From Ascoidea asiatica JCM 7603 (lineage: Eukaryota > Fungi > Ascomycota): a DNA stretch of 64,000 nt. Below, piece after piece: positions 39,329 to 50,359 of the stretch. The notes beneath the pieces were generated by a model. That model saw nothing but the letters and a program-made list of their open reading frames with translations, did no database searches and was not told the DNA's origin. Made by a program: the position numbers and the translations under genes. Numbering within the stretch: the first letter of the stretch is position 1; every line of letters starts with the position of its first letter. Where the stretch lies: NCBI GenBank assembly GCA_001600695.1, contig BCKQ01000018.1:43450-107449 (forward strand). Direction: 5' to 3'.

Positions 39329-40693
39329 ATGTCATTAATAAATTCAAAAAATGATGAATTAATAATAAATTTTAAAAATTTATCAAATGAATTTATAATT
39401 TTAAAAAATTTTAAAAATTTTAAAAATTTAAATCAATTTCAATTAATTTATTTAAATAATTTAATTTTAAAAAAATTTTTAAATTTAAATATAAAATTTA
39501 ATTCTAAATTTTTAATTCCAAGAATTCCAAATAGATATTATTATATAATTTTAATTTATAATTTATTATTATTAAATAATTTTAATTATAATTTAAATAA
39601 TAATTATAATAATTATAATAATTCAAATATTATTGGTATTGATATTGGTACTGGTTCAAATTTAATTTATCCATTAATTTTTTCATCATTATTTAAAAAA
39701 TATTTTAATTTAAATTTATTTAATTTTAAAATTTATTCAACTGAAATTAATAAAAATTCATTAATTTTATTAAAAGAAAATTTAAATTTAAATAAAAATT
39801 TTATTAAAAATATAATAATTATTGATAATAACAATAACAATAATAATAATTCAATTTTTTTAAATTTATTTAAAAATAATATAATTAATGAAAATTTTAT
39901 AAATTTTTTAATTTGTAATCCTCCATTTCATTCAATTAATAAAATTAATAAAATTAAAACAATTGGTCAAAATTCTGAATTATATTATAATAATAATGGT
40001 GAATCTGATTTTATAATAAATTTATTAATTGAATCAATAAATTTAAAAACTAAATTTAAAATTAAAATTCAATGGTTTACTTCAATTATTGGAAAATTTA
40101 ATTCAATAAATTTAATTTTAAAATTTTTAAAAATTAATAAAAAAATTAAAAATTTTTATATTTTAAAATTTTCAATTGGTTATTTAAATAGATTTATTTT
40201 AATTTGGTCTTTAAATAATATTAATTTATTTCTTTTTTATAATAATAATTATAATAATAAAATTAATTTAAATTTTAAAAAATTTTTTTCAATATTTTAT
40301 TCAAATTTTAAAACTTTTTTTAAAATTTCAAAATTTAATTTAATTAATAATAATGAAATTTTTTTTTTTTTTATAAAAATTAAATATTCATTTATTTTAA
40401 ATTTAAATTATTTTAAAATTTTTAAAAATAATTTAAATTCTATTATTATTAAATTTAATTCAAATGTTTGGTCAAGATCTTATAGAAGAAAAAATTTAAA
40501 AAGAATAAATAGTATTAATAAAACTATTAATACTAATAATGAAGATATTGAAAAAAATTATATTATTTTAGAATTATATTATGATAATTTAGATAATGAA
40601 ATTTATTTAATTTGGAAACAAGGTAATAATTTTAAAAATTTTGAAAGTTTTTATGGTTATTTAAATAGAAAATTAATTGAATTAAATTATTAA
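39329..40693 (+). CDS. METTL16: METTL16/RlmF-family (U6 snRNA m6A-type) SAM-dependent methyltransferase
   Basis: LIPRIPNRYYY, GIDIGTGSNLIYPL (motif I), ICNPPFH (catalytic NPPF), GESDFI..L..ES...IQWFTSIIGK, G...RFILIWS, NVWSRSYRR. Confidence 0.85.
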   Translation: MSLINSKNDELIINFKNLSNEFIILKNFKNFKNLNQFQLIYLNNLILKKFLNLNIKFNSKFLIPRIPNRYYYIILIYNLLLLNNFNYNLNNNYNNYNNSNIIGIDIGTGSNLIYPLIFSSLFKKYFNLNLFNFKIYSTEINKNSLILLKENLNLNKNFIKNIIIIDNNNNNNNNSIFLNLFKNNIINENFINFLICNPPFHSINKINKIKTIGQNSELYYNNNGESDFIINLLIESINLKTKFKIKIQWFTSIIGKFNSINLILKFLKINKKIKNFYILKFSIGYLNRFILIWSLNNINLFLFYNNNYNNKINLNFKKFFSIFYSNFKTFFKISKFNLINNNEIFFFFIKIKYSFILNLNYFKIFKNNLNSIIIKFNSNVWSRSYRRKNLKRINSINKTINTNNEDIEKNYIILELYYDNLDNEIYLIWKQGNNFKNFESFYGYLNRKLIELNY

Positions 40694-41367
40694 ATTTTTT
40701 GTAAATAACCTTGATTTATTAATCTTTCAACATCTGAATATCTTACAAAAAATTGAGAATTTTTTGTTAAATTAAATACACCATATTCAGTTTGAATTTC
40801 TCCAATATCTTTTAAAACTCTAACATCAATAAAAATTTCATTTGGAGGTTCTAAAGATCCAGTTAAATCAATATCATTATATTCATTTTTATAATCTGTT
40901 ATTAATTCATTATAACTTTTAAAATATTGTTGTTCATTAAAATTTAAATTATTTAAAATATTATTTTTTTCATTATTACTACTATTATTATTATTATTTT
41001 CATTATCATTATCATTATTACTATTACTATTACTATTACTATTACTATTAATACCAATTTGTATATTATCCCAAGATATTTTATTTAACATTTCTGATCT
41101 TGATTTTTGATAAGCTAATAAAATTCTTTTATTTCTTCTTAAACATAAATGCATTACAAATAATTGACAAGTTTTAGTTCTATTTAATTGTGGTTGTGAT
41201 TCTGATGTTGATAATAAATTTTCTTGAATTAAATCTATTTTTTTTTGTAATTCATGAATTTCTTTAATTATACTTTGAACTAAATCAGAAGAATATTGTG
41301 GTAAAGATCCTAAAGATTTTGCTCTTTTGGCTTCTAATATTAATTTTGTTGCAATATCTCCATACAT
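40690..41367 (-). CDS. PSF1: GINS complex subunit Psf1
   Basis: MYGDIATKLILEAKR, LCLRRNKRILLAYQ, IDLTGSLEPP.EIFIDVRVLKD.GEIQTEYGVFNLTKNSQFFVR.SDVERLI.QGYLQKI. Confidence 0.97.
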   Translation of the reverse strand: MYGDIATKLILEAKRAKSLGSLPQYSSDLVQSIIKEIHELQKKIDLIQENLLSTSESQPQLNRTKTCQLFVMHLCLRRNKRILLAYQKSRSEMLNKISWDNIQIGINSNSNSNSNSNNDNDNENNNNNSSNNEKNNILNNLNFNEQQYFKSYNELITDYKNEYNDIDLTGSLEPPNEIFIDVRVLKDIGEIQTEYGVFNLTKNSQFFVRYSDVERLINQGYLQKI

Positions 41368-41508
41368 TTATTATTATTTTCTACTTCTTCAATTTATTGA
41401 ATAATTGATCAATTCAATATCAATCAACAAAGCTTTTTTAATAAATTTTGAATAAAAAATGGGGTTTTTTGATTAAATTTACTCGTTTTCTTTCTTTAAA
41501 TTTCAAAC

Positions 41509-41514
41509 ACGCGT
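41509..41514. promoter_or_regulatory. MCB element (ACGCGT) about 140 bp upstream of PSF1
   Basis: Exact ACGCGT in an otherwise AT-rich promoter of a DNA replication gene. Confidence 0.65.
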
Positions 41515-41745
41515 AAATTTGTTTATATCACGTTATCGCATAAAACCATATAAATATTATAAATATATTATAAATAATAATACTTTTTATGTATTGAATA
41601 TTGATTAACTATTATTTATTCACAGGAATCACCTACAAAATTAATTCTTAATTTAATGAGTGATTTGATATGATACAGTTTGTAATTGCAATTGTTACTT
41701 TTGGTTTTTTGTTTTTTTATTCTATTTACATTTATTTAACAATCT

Positions 41746-43477
41746 TTACTCTTGTAAAATTTCATCTATTTTTTCATTACTGGAAACTCTTTTCATTCCT
41801 TTATATTCCATTAAAAATGATCCTCTTCCTTTTGTTAAACTTCTTAATTTACTTAAATATCCAATCATTTCTCTTAATGGAACTTCTGCTTTAATTTTTT
41901 GTTTACCAAAATTACTATTTTCTGTATTTCCTTTATTTAACATACCACTACTAGCATATGATAATGTTGGATCAAAAGGTAAATATATTTTTTTAACTTC
42001 TTCTCTTGGATTAAATCCAATTTTATTTTCTTTATTATTTAAATTTTTTAATTCAATTTCATCTTCAATAACTAAAATTTCTGCTCTTCTTGCAGATGTT
42101 AAATCTTGAACAACTTTACCTAAATCTTCATTATCTATAATAACTTCAACATTCATTATAGGTTCTAATAATGTAAAATTTTTTTTAATTTCATTATTAT
42201 CATTCATTATATTATTATTATTATTATTATTATTCATTGCTTCAAAAATTGCACTTCTTGCAACTAAAAGAATTGGTGTTGTATTAATTAAATCTTTTGC
42301 AATATCCCATTTTAAAATTTTTATAATAACACTATGTAAAGGTAAATGTGATAATGGTCCACCTCTTTGTAATCCAACAATTGCAGAAGAATAAAAACTT
42401 TTAATAATATTCTCATATGTTATTTGTAATGGCCAAAAAATTTCTTTATTTTTATTTTTTTTAATTTTCATTTCTTCTTCTTCTTCTTCTTTTTTAATAA
42501 AAAATTCTTGAATATAATCTGGTGATGATTCTATTGGAATATATAATAAATTATTATCAAGTTGTAAATCAATACATCCTTCTTGATCATAGAATTCATA
42601 ATCTTTACAATTTCCTTTAATTGGTTCTATTTTAATTTTAATTTCACAATCAATTTGATTTTCATTTTTACTATTATTTTGAAATTTTTCAATTATTTCA
42701 GTTTCATTTAATAATGATTCTTTATAAGATACCATAACTTTACTCATATCACATTTTGTTTTTAAATCATTTATTAATCTATCTCTAACAATTTCTAAAT
42801 GTAATTCTCCCATACCACTTAAAAGCATTTGTCCAGTTTCTTCATCATTAAAAACTTTTAAAGATGGATCTTCTCTTAAAATTATTGATAAATTATTATC
42901 TAAAATTTTTTTATCATTTAAAGTTCTTGGTTCAATTGAAGATATAAAAACAGAAGCTGGAATATTAATTGGATTTAAAATTAATGAATTTTCAATATTT
43001 TTAAAAGATTTTAATCCATCTTTTCTTAATGAATGACATAATAATGTATCTCCAGTTCTAATTTCATTATCATTATTTAATGTACCAAAATTATTATTAT
43101 CAACTGTTTCATTACTTGATATATTATCTAAAGAAGATATTATTGAATTAGAATTATTTGTACTTATAGATGATAAAAGAGATGCTAATATTACACCTAT
43201 ATTACCACTCGATAATTTATTAACTTCTTGAGTTGAATTTCCATTAATTAATAATAATTTTGTTATTCTGAATTTTTTATTAGTTCTTGTATTTAATATA
43301 GTTGATCCATTTAAAAAAGATCCAGAATAAACTCTAATAAAAATCATAATATTTCTTCTTTCATCTGTTATGACTTTAAAAGCTAATGATAAAGATAAAT
43401 TTTTATTATCATTAACAATTAATCCACATTTATTATCAATTTTTATAGAAATTTCATTTTTTTCATTTTCTTTTACG

Positions 43478-43521
<44 letters not shown>

Positions 43522-44649
43522 GTTATTTTGTTTCTTTTTTTTACCTTTATTTTTGGAGTTTGATCTATGATTAATTGAAGTAATATTTGCTTTAATTTCT
43601 GGTAAAATAGATTCTATTGGACTTGGTAAATAATTTATTATTGAATCTAATAATGGTTGTACACCAACATTTTTAAAACTTGAACCACATGATACTGGAA
43701 CAATTTCATTTTTTAAAGTTAAATTTCTAATACATTTTTTAAGTAAAGGTATTGAAACTTTTAAATAATCTTCATTATTATTAAAAAAATCTTCAATTAA
43801 TTCATCATTAAATTCACTAAGAGTTTCAATCATTGATTCTCTAGCTTTTATTAAATCTTTTTTAGCTTCTTCATAAATAGGATCCACTTTTTCAAAAGAT
43901 AAATCAATAATTTCAAGTGAATTACCATTTTGATTTTTATTTAAATCCCATAATAATAATTTTTTTTCAACAACATCAACTAAACCTTTAAATATTCTTT
44001 CTCTAGTTGTTGAATTTTGAATAAAATATGGAATATTTAATGTTACAATTTTTGTATTTAATTTCATAATAATATCTTTACAAGTTCTAGAAAATCCAGA
44101 ACCAACTCTATCCATTTTATTAATATAAATTAAACTTGGTAAATTTAAATTTAATCTTGATTGTTTCCAAACTTTTTCAGTTTGAGATTCAACACCAGCA
44201 ACAGCATCTAAAATTATTACTGTAGAATCAAGAACTCTTAAAGATCTAGTTACTTCAAAAGTAAAATCTGCATGACCTGGAGTATCTATTAAATTAATTT
44301 TATAATCATTATTCCAAGGAAATGTTACTGCTGCAGATTGAATTGTTATTCCTCTTGATCTTTCTGCAGGTAAATAATCTGTAATTGTATCACCTTCATC
44401 AACATTTCCTATTGAATTTATTAAACCAGAATAATAAAGCATTCTTTCAGTTGTAGTTGTTTTACCAGCATCTATATGAGCAATTATACCAATATTTCTG
44501 GTTTTATTTAATGGAACTGTATTTAAATCATTTTTAGTTTGAGTGGAATAATAACGATTATAATCAAAATTAAATGAATTATATCTTTTGAAAGTATTCT
44601 TTAAAATATTTGATCTAGCTCTTACAAATGATTCTCGTAAAGATATCAT
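41746..44649 (-). CDS. MEF2: Mitochondrial ribosome-recycling EF-G2
   Basis: Presequence-like N-terminus, RNIGIIAHIDAGKTTTTERMLYY, TITDYLPAERSRGITIQSAA, DTPGHADFTFEV, NKMD, SGMGELHLEI, LRSLTKGRG. Confidence 0.93.
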
Positions 44650-45120
44650 TGTAATGAAAAAGTGATTCTTAAAAGATTAAAACTATTTCTTTTCTCATTT
44701 TACCAAGTATTTTTTATAATTTATCTTCAATATCTTCTCAGATCACAATTAATGAAAAATAATTACTGTATCAATAGGTAAATGAAAAGTTGAAAAATTA
44801 AACAATAATAATATTGTATTTAATACAATATCCCATTTATCCCATTTTAGAAGGTATTTGTTAGTGTTTTAACATACTAAATCAATATATAACTGTTAAA
44901 ATGGTGATTTAAAATGCATTTCTGCAGGCTTTTCTGTGTAACCGTAATAAATAATTTAAATAATTTAACCTTTTGAAAACAAATTCTTTGAAACTTCAAA
45001 AAGGTTGAAATTGATAAATTTGGTATTACTCATACAGAAAGTAATACTTAAGAATATTAGAAAACAAAACAAAAGAATATATATCTAATAACTATTATTT
45101 AATTCAAAATAATAATCATA

Positions 45121-46122
45121 ATGAGTTTAACAGAATCTAAGAATAACAATATAAATGAAGTTTCAGAAATAAAAGAAAAGAATTTTGATATTAAAGAATC
45201 ATATTATAATTTTTTAAAAGAAGATCCAGATATGGCAATGCCAATAGCAGCTATTGAATCATTATTATCATTATTAAAATTTAAAGAACCTTCAACACAA
45301 GCAGAATTAATTGCAATTCTTAAAAGTAATATTTTAATTTTAAAAAATGAAATTGAAAATTCAATTTCTTTAAGTGCAGGATGTGATTTATTTATTAGAT
45401 TTATTTTAAAAAATTTAAATTTATATAAAGATTGGGAAAGTTGTAGAATTCATTTAGTTGAAAATGGAAATTTATTTTTAAAAAGAAGTAAAGAAAGTAG
45501 AGAAAAAATATCATATTATGGTACAAAATTTATCAAAGATGATGATTTAATTTTAATTCATTCATATTCAAGATGTATATTAAATTTATTAATTAAAGCT
45601 AAAAAAGATTATAAATTACGATTTAGAGTTTTTGTTACAGAAGCAAAACCAAATTCAGAAAGAAGTTTAAAAATGGTAAAATTATTAAGAGAAAATGAAA
45701 TTCCTTCAAAATTAATATTAGATTCTTCAGTTGGATATATAATTAATAAAATAGATAAAGTTTTAGTTGGAGCAGAAGGTGTTGCAGAAACTGGTGGAAT
45801 TATTAATCATATTGGAACTTATCAAATTGGATTATTATGTAAAGCAGCAAATAAACCATTATATGTAGCTGCAGAAAGTCATAAATTTGTAAGAGAATTT
45901 CCTTTAAGTCAAGATGATTTACATAATAAAGAAAATGAAGAATTAATGAATTTTAATAATAGTTCAAAAGAATCTAGTGAAAATGATATACTTGAAGATT
46001 TAAAAAAAAATCCAACATTAGATTTCACACCACATGAATATATAACAGCTTTAATTACAGATTTAGGAGTTTTAACACCAAGTGCTGTATCTGATGAATT
46101 AATAAAAATGTGGTATGAATGA
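45121..46122 (+). CDS. GCN3: Translation initiation factor eIF2B alpha subunit
   Basis: MPIAAIESL, SISLSAGCDLFIRF, VGAEGVAETGGIINHIGTYQ, ESHKFVREFPL, ALITDLGVLTPSAVSDELIKMWY. Confidence 0.97.
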   Translation: MSLTESKNNNINEVSEIKEKNFDIKESYYNFLKEDPDMAMPIAAIESLLSLLKFKEPSTQAELIAILKSNILILKNEIENSISLSAGCDLFIRFILKNLNLYKDWESCRIHLVENGNLFLKRSKESREKISYYGTKFIKDDDLILIHSYSRCILNLLIKAKKDYKLRFRVFVTEAKPNSERSLKMVKLLRENEIPSKLILDSSVGYIINKIDKVLVGAEGVAETGGIINHIGTYQIGLLCKAANKPLYVAAESHKFVREFPLSQDDLHNKENEELMNFNNSSKESSENDILEDLKKNPTLDFTPHEYITALITDLGVLTPSAVSDELIKMWYE

Positions 46123-46867
46123 AATTTACATTATTGATAGTACATTATATAGTTTTTTTAAATAAATGAAATGTCCTCTGTATTGATTATTATTTTTTTT
46201 CAAATTAATAATTATTTTTATTCAATTTGAAATCAACATTCAAGTTAAATCTCAAAAATAATGTTATTTCAATTTAATGGACTTTAAAGAATGAAATCAT
46301 AGATACTCCAATCCATAGGTCTACTTCTACTATGATTATTTAAATGAACAGCTAAATCACCTTCTCTCTACAGCTCTAACTTCAATATTCCGTTTGTTTA
46401 TATTTTATATTTCAATTCAGTTTCAAAGACAAGAAAAGAATCATCTCAGGAACTACAATAGAGGATCATTACAGAAGATCATCAGTCATATACTCCAAGA
46501 AGGAGTTGGTTCTGCCTGTTTATACCCTGATGCTAATGCTAACTGTTGGTGAAGCACGCTTGCAGCAAGATTCTTCGACGCCACTCGTCTTAACAAAGTT
46601 GGAAGCAAAAAATACTTAAATATTTAGCGCCGACGCTTTTCAATGGCTTTTTGTGACATTTGAAGAAGTAAAAAATAATCTAAATGACAAAATAACTGAA
46701 TCTAAGAAAGCTCATGTAGATACCATTTTCATACAGTAACCTTTTTTTTTTGTTTTTCTAAGAGAAAAAATGATAAATTTTTAAAATGAAAAAATATGAA
46801 AAAAAGAATTTATAGATGAATAAACTTAGTTAAGTAATGATTTCATAATAAGTAATAATATATCATT

Positions 46868-49800
46868 ATGGAAATAACTACACCAACAGTAAATCAAAAT
46901 CCTCTTTTGGGTAAAAATTCAAAGCAAATTTCAAATAAACAGAAATTAATTAAAACTTTAGATCAAGCCTTAGATAAAAACTTTAATGATAAAAATTTAG
47001 ATGAAAATTTAAAAGATGATTTAAATTGGAATTTAAATTCTTCTCAAAATGCAAAAAATAATATAAATATAAATACAATTGGAACTGTTTCAACTCCAGA
47101 ATCTGATTCTATTATTGAACCTAATTCTAATTTAAATTCTAATTCTAATTCTAATTCTAATTCAAATTTAAACTCAAGTAACAAATCAAATTCACCATTA
47201 AGTTCAGATTTAAATCCTACTTCCAATTTCAATTCAAATTCAAATTCGAATTCCAGTTCTGATTCTGATTCTAATTCTAATTCTGGCTCTAATTCTGATT
47301 CTGATTCTGAAACAATATCTGATTTTGAACCTGTTTCTAGTTCCTTACCTGTTTCTAGTTCTGTACCTCAATCTAATACTGCTTTTATTTCTGATTCTGG
47401 TTTAGTTTCAAATTCTGGTCGAATTCCAAATTCTGGTAAAAAAATTAATTCCGCTCATAATTCTCATTCATCTTCTCAAATTATAGATAAATCAGATTCA
47501 ATTCAACTTACTCCAGAAGATAATTTATTAAAAAAAGTTCAAGAACCAATTAATATTATAGATACAATTGGAACAGATGATATTATCAACGATTATTTTT
47601 CAGATGGTGATTCTTCAATGAGAAAAAATATTATGTTAAATAATAAAACTGAAAATAAAAATAAAATTAAAACTATTCATGATAAAAGAATTAAATCTGA
47701 ATCTCATTTAAAATCAATAAATTCATCTATTTCTATAAATTCAAATAATACTAAACAGGGAAAACATATAAAAAATAAATTTGAAAAAGTTGAAAAAGTT
47801 GAGAATTCTGAACGTTTTGAAAATTCTGAAAAAATTGAAAAAAATTTAAGATTTAATTTAAATCATGAATCAAAATCTTCACCAAATATTACCTTATCAA
47901 AATATGAAATTGCAAATCCATATCTTTCAACTTTCAATAACCTTGATCCAAATTCTTCAAATTCTATAAAATCAAAAATAATTACTAAAACAAAAGATTT
48001 AACTAATTCTGCTGTTGTAGAAATGGAAAGATCATTTTCATTAAATGCAAATCAAATAAATCAAAATTTAAGTAAGCTTAATCCCGATAATTTTAATAAA
48101 GAATTAGAAAAGCCTAAATCTAGATCTTTATCAAATATGTTTCCTTATATAAATACTATTAGTCCACCATCTATGGATAGTCCCGGTTATACTACACCAG
48201 GAAATACAGCTGGTTTATCTGCTTTTGATACTAATTTATTTGGGGATGGTGGAAAAGAATTTAATCGTGCATCTTTTTTTAATGAAACTATTAATAGTAG
48301 TGCAATGCCTAAAAATGATCAAAAATCTTTCAATGAAAAATCTTTTGTTTTTGATTCAATTACTCCCGATACAAAATCAAAAACACAAGAAAATCTTGTG
48401 ATTAACTCAAGAAATCAAAATGATAATTTAGATTCAAAAAGTATTGGAGGTTTTTCATTTGTTCAGAATAATAGTTATAGTCATTCTCCATCATTACAAA
48501 TATCTAGAAGTAAAACTTTAAATGAAGGACTTAGTGGCTCAACAAATAATTCAAAAGTTTTTAATAATAAAGATAATGATTCATTTCATTGCCCAAAAGA
48601 TAAAAAAATTCTGTTCTTTTTTAATAGAAAAAATATTTATCCTATTTTTGCTGGAGTCTTTGGTTGTTTATTTATATTAACTTTATGTATATTGATTCCA
48701 CTTGTAATTTTATTTTCAAGAGGAACTGAATCATCAGTTTTTTCATATTTCAAAAGAGCATCCTCAGAAGTTAGACAAGATAGATTCAATGATTTAGCTA
48801 AACTTTTTGGTCTATCAACAACAAATATTGATTACTCAAATGAAGAATCATTGAAATTTATGAACAATAATAGAGGATTAATGAGATTTGGTCAAATTGG
48901 ATCTAATGATAAATCACTTTCTTCCCTTACAGAAATTGGTACTTTTAATACAATCCAAGGTTTACCTCAATTGTACCAGCAAGACAAGGAGATTACAGAT
49001 TTAATGAATATGCCAGGGCTTAGTAATACATTTTATGGAATTGCTTACTCTCCAAGAGATGTAATGTAAGAAATACTCTATTTTCAAGAAATTTAAAACT
49101 TCAATGTTTTAATTGTTCATTGTTTACTAATTCAATTTTTTTTAAATAGTTATCCTCTATGTGGTGTGACTTTACGAGAAGTAATGCTTGATTTGGCATT
49201 AATATCTCAGATGACCACTAGAATTAGAACATATGGAATGCAATGTAATCAACCCTCTTTAATTTTGGAAGCAATAAAAGAATTAAATTTAAATATCACT
49301 CTTTCATTGGGTATTTGGATAGGTGATGATGATAAAATCAACGAAAGTCAAATTAATTCTTTGAAATCAATAATAAAAAAATATGATTTTAAATATTTTG
49401 ATGCAATATATGTTGGTAATGAAGTATTATTCAGAAATGAAAAAAATAGCTTTGAATTGATAAATTACATTAAAGAGGTTAAACAGTATGTTAAATCTAT
49501 TGGATTGAACGTGAAAGTTGGAACAGCTGATATTTCTACAAAAATAGATTCATCTATAATAGAAGAATCTGATATTGTTGGTGTTAATTTACATCCATTT
49601 TTTTCAGGAGAAGGAGTTACAAAAGCAACAGATTGGATTATGAGAGTTTTTAATAATCACATCGTTAGTTTAAATAATCAAGCTAAAAACAAAGCCGATC
49701 TTGTTATAGCAGAAGCTGGTTGGCCAAGTGGAGGAGGTAGTTATTTGGATTCTGTTGGAGGATATGATGAATTGCAAACCTTTCTAAATGCTTTTGTATG

Positions 49801-50080
49801 TGAAGCTAAGAACAGTGAATATGGTTGGTTTTATTTCGAAGCTTTTGATGAACCTTGGAAAGAAATATTCCATACAAATGAAAGTCAATGGGAAACTAAA
49901 TGGGGGCTATTTACATATGATAGAAAACTTAAAGTAAAAATTCCAGTCTGTGCCGAAAATGAAGCTTCTGTTAAGACTCAGTATACAATCAATAATGTCA
50001 GAGAAATTTTCATTGATCAAGAGGATAACGAAGAATTAGATAAAGAATTAGGGGAAAAAAGTATACAATCTTTTTTGTAG
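46868..50080 (+). CDS. Type II membrane GH17 beta-1,3-glucanase/glucanosyltransferase (btgC-like); exons 46868-49065 and 49150-50080, about 1042 aa
   Basis: Long Ser/Asn cytoplasmic N-terminus and one TM helix, then FYGIAYSPRDVI|YPLCG...RIRTYG, VGNEVLFR, NLHPFF, IAEAGWPS, FYFEAFDEPWK, WETKWGL. Confidence 0.9.
49066..49149 (+). other. Spliceosomal intron (84 nt, phase 2) in the GH17 gene
   Basis: GTAAGA donor, TACTAAT branch site (49125-49131), TAG acceptor. Joining AT+T gives Ile and fuses the two track ORFs in frame. Confidence 0.88.
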
Positions 50081-50359
50081 ATTGATTCTAGAAATTGATG
50101 AATTTATCAAAATGTTTTTAAAGTAATTTTTTTAAAGTTTTTGAAATTTTGTTTTGAGTGTATTTTTCAATCTGCTTTTTGTTTATTTGAATTTAATAAT
50201 AATGCCCTTTTCAAGCATGTCATTTTTTGAAATTTCTTACTTTTGCGTTTTGGTTCTAATAAATTTGTATTTTATATTTTCTTCAAAGCATCGAAAGTGA
50301 GTAATTAAAGAAATTTATATTTACGTAACTATGTAAAAACGAAAAAAAAAAATTTTGAA

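Noticed and set aside
44766-45035. Possible MEF2 5'-UTR intron (minus-strand GTATGT/GTATGA and CACTAAC)
   Set aside because: One donor is too close to the branch site, and the other would need a TSS almost at the GCN3 start codon.
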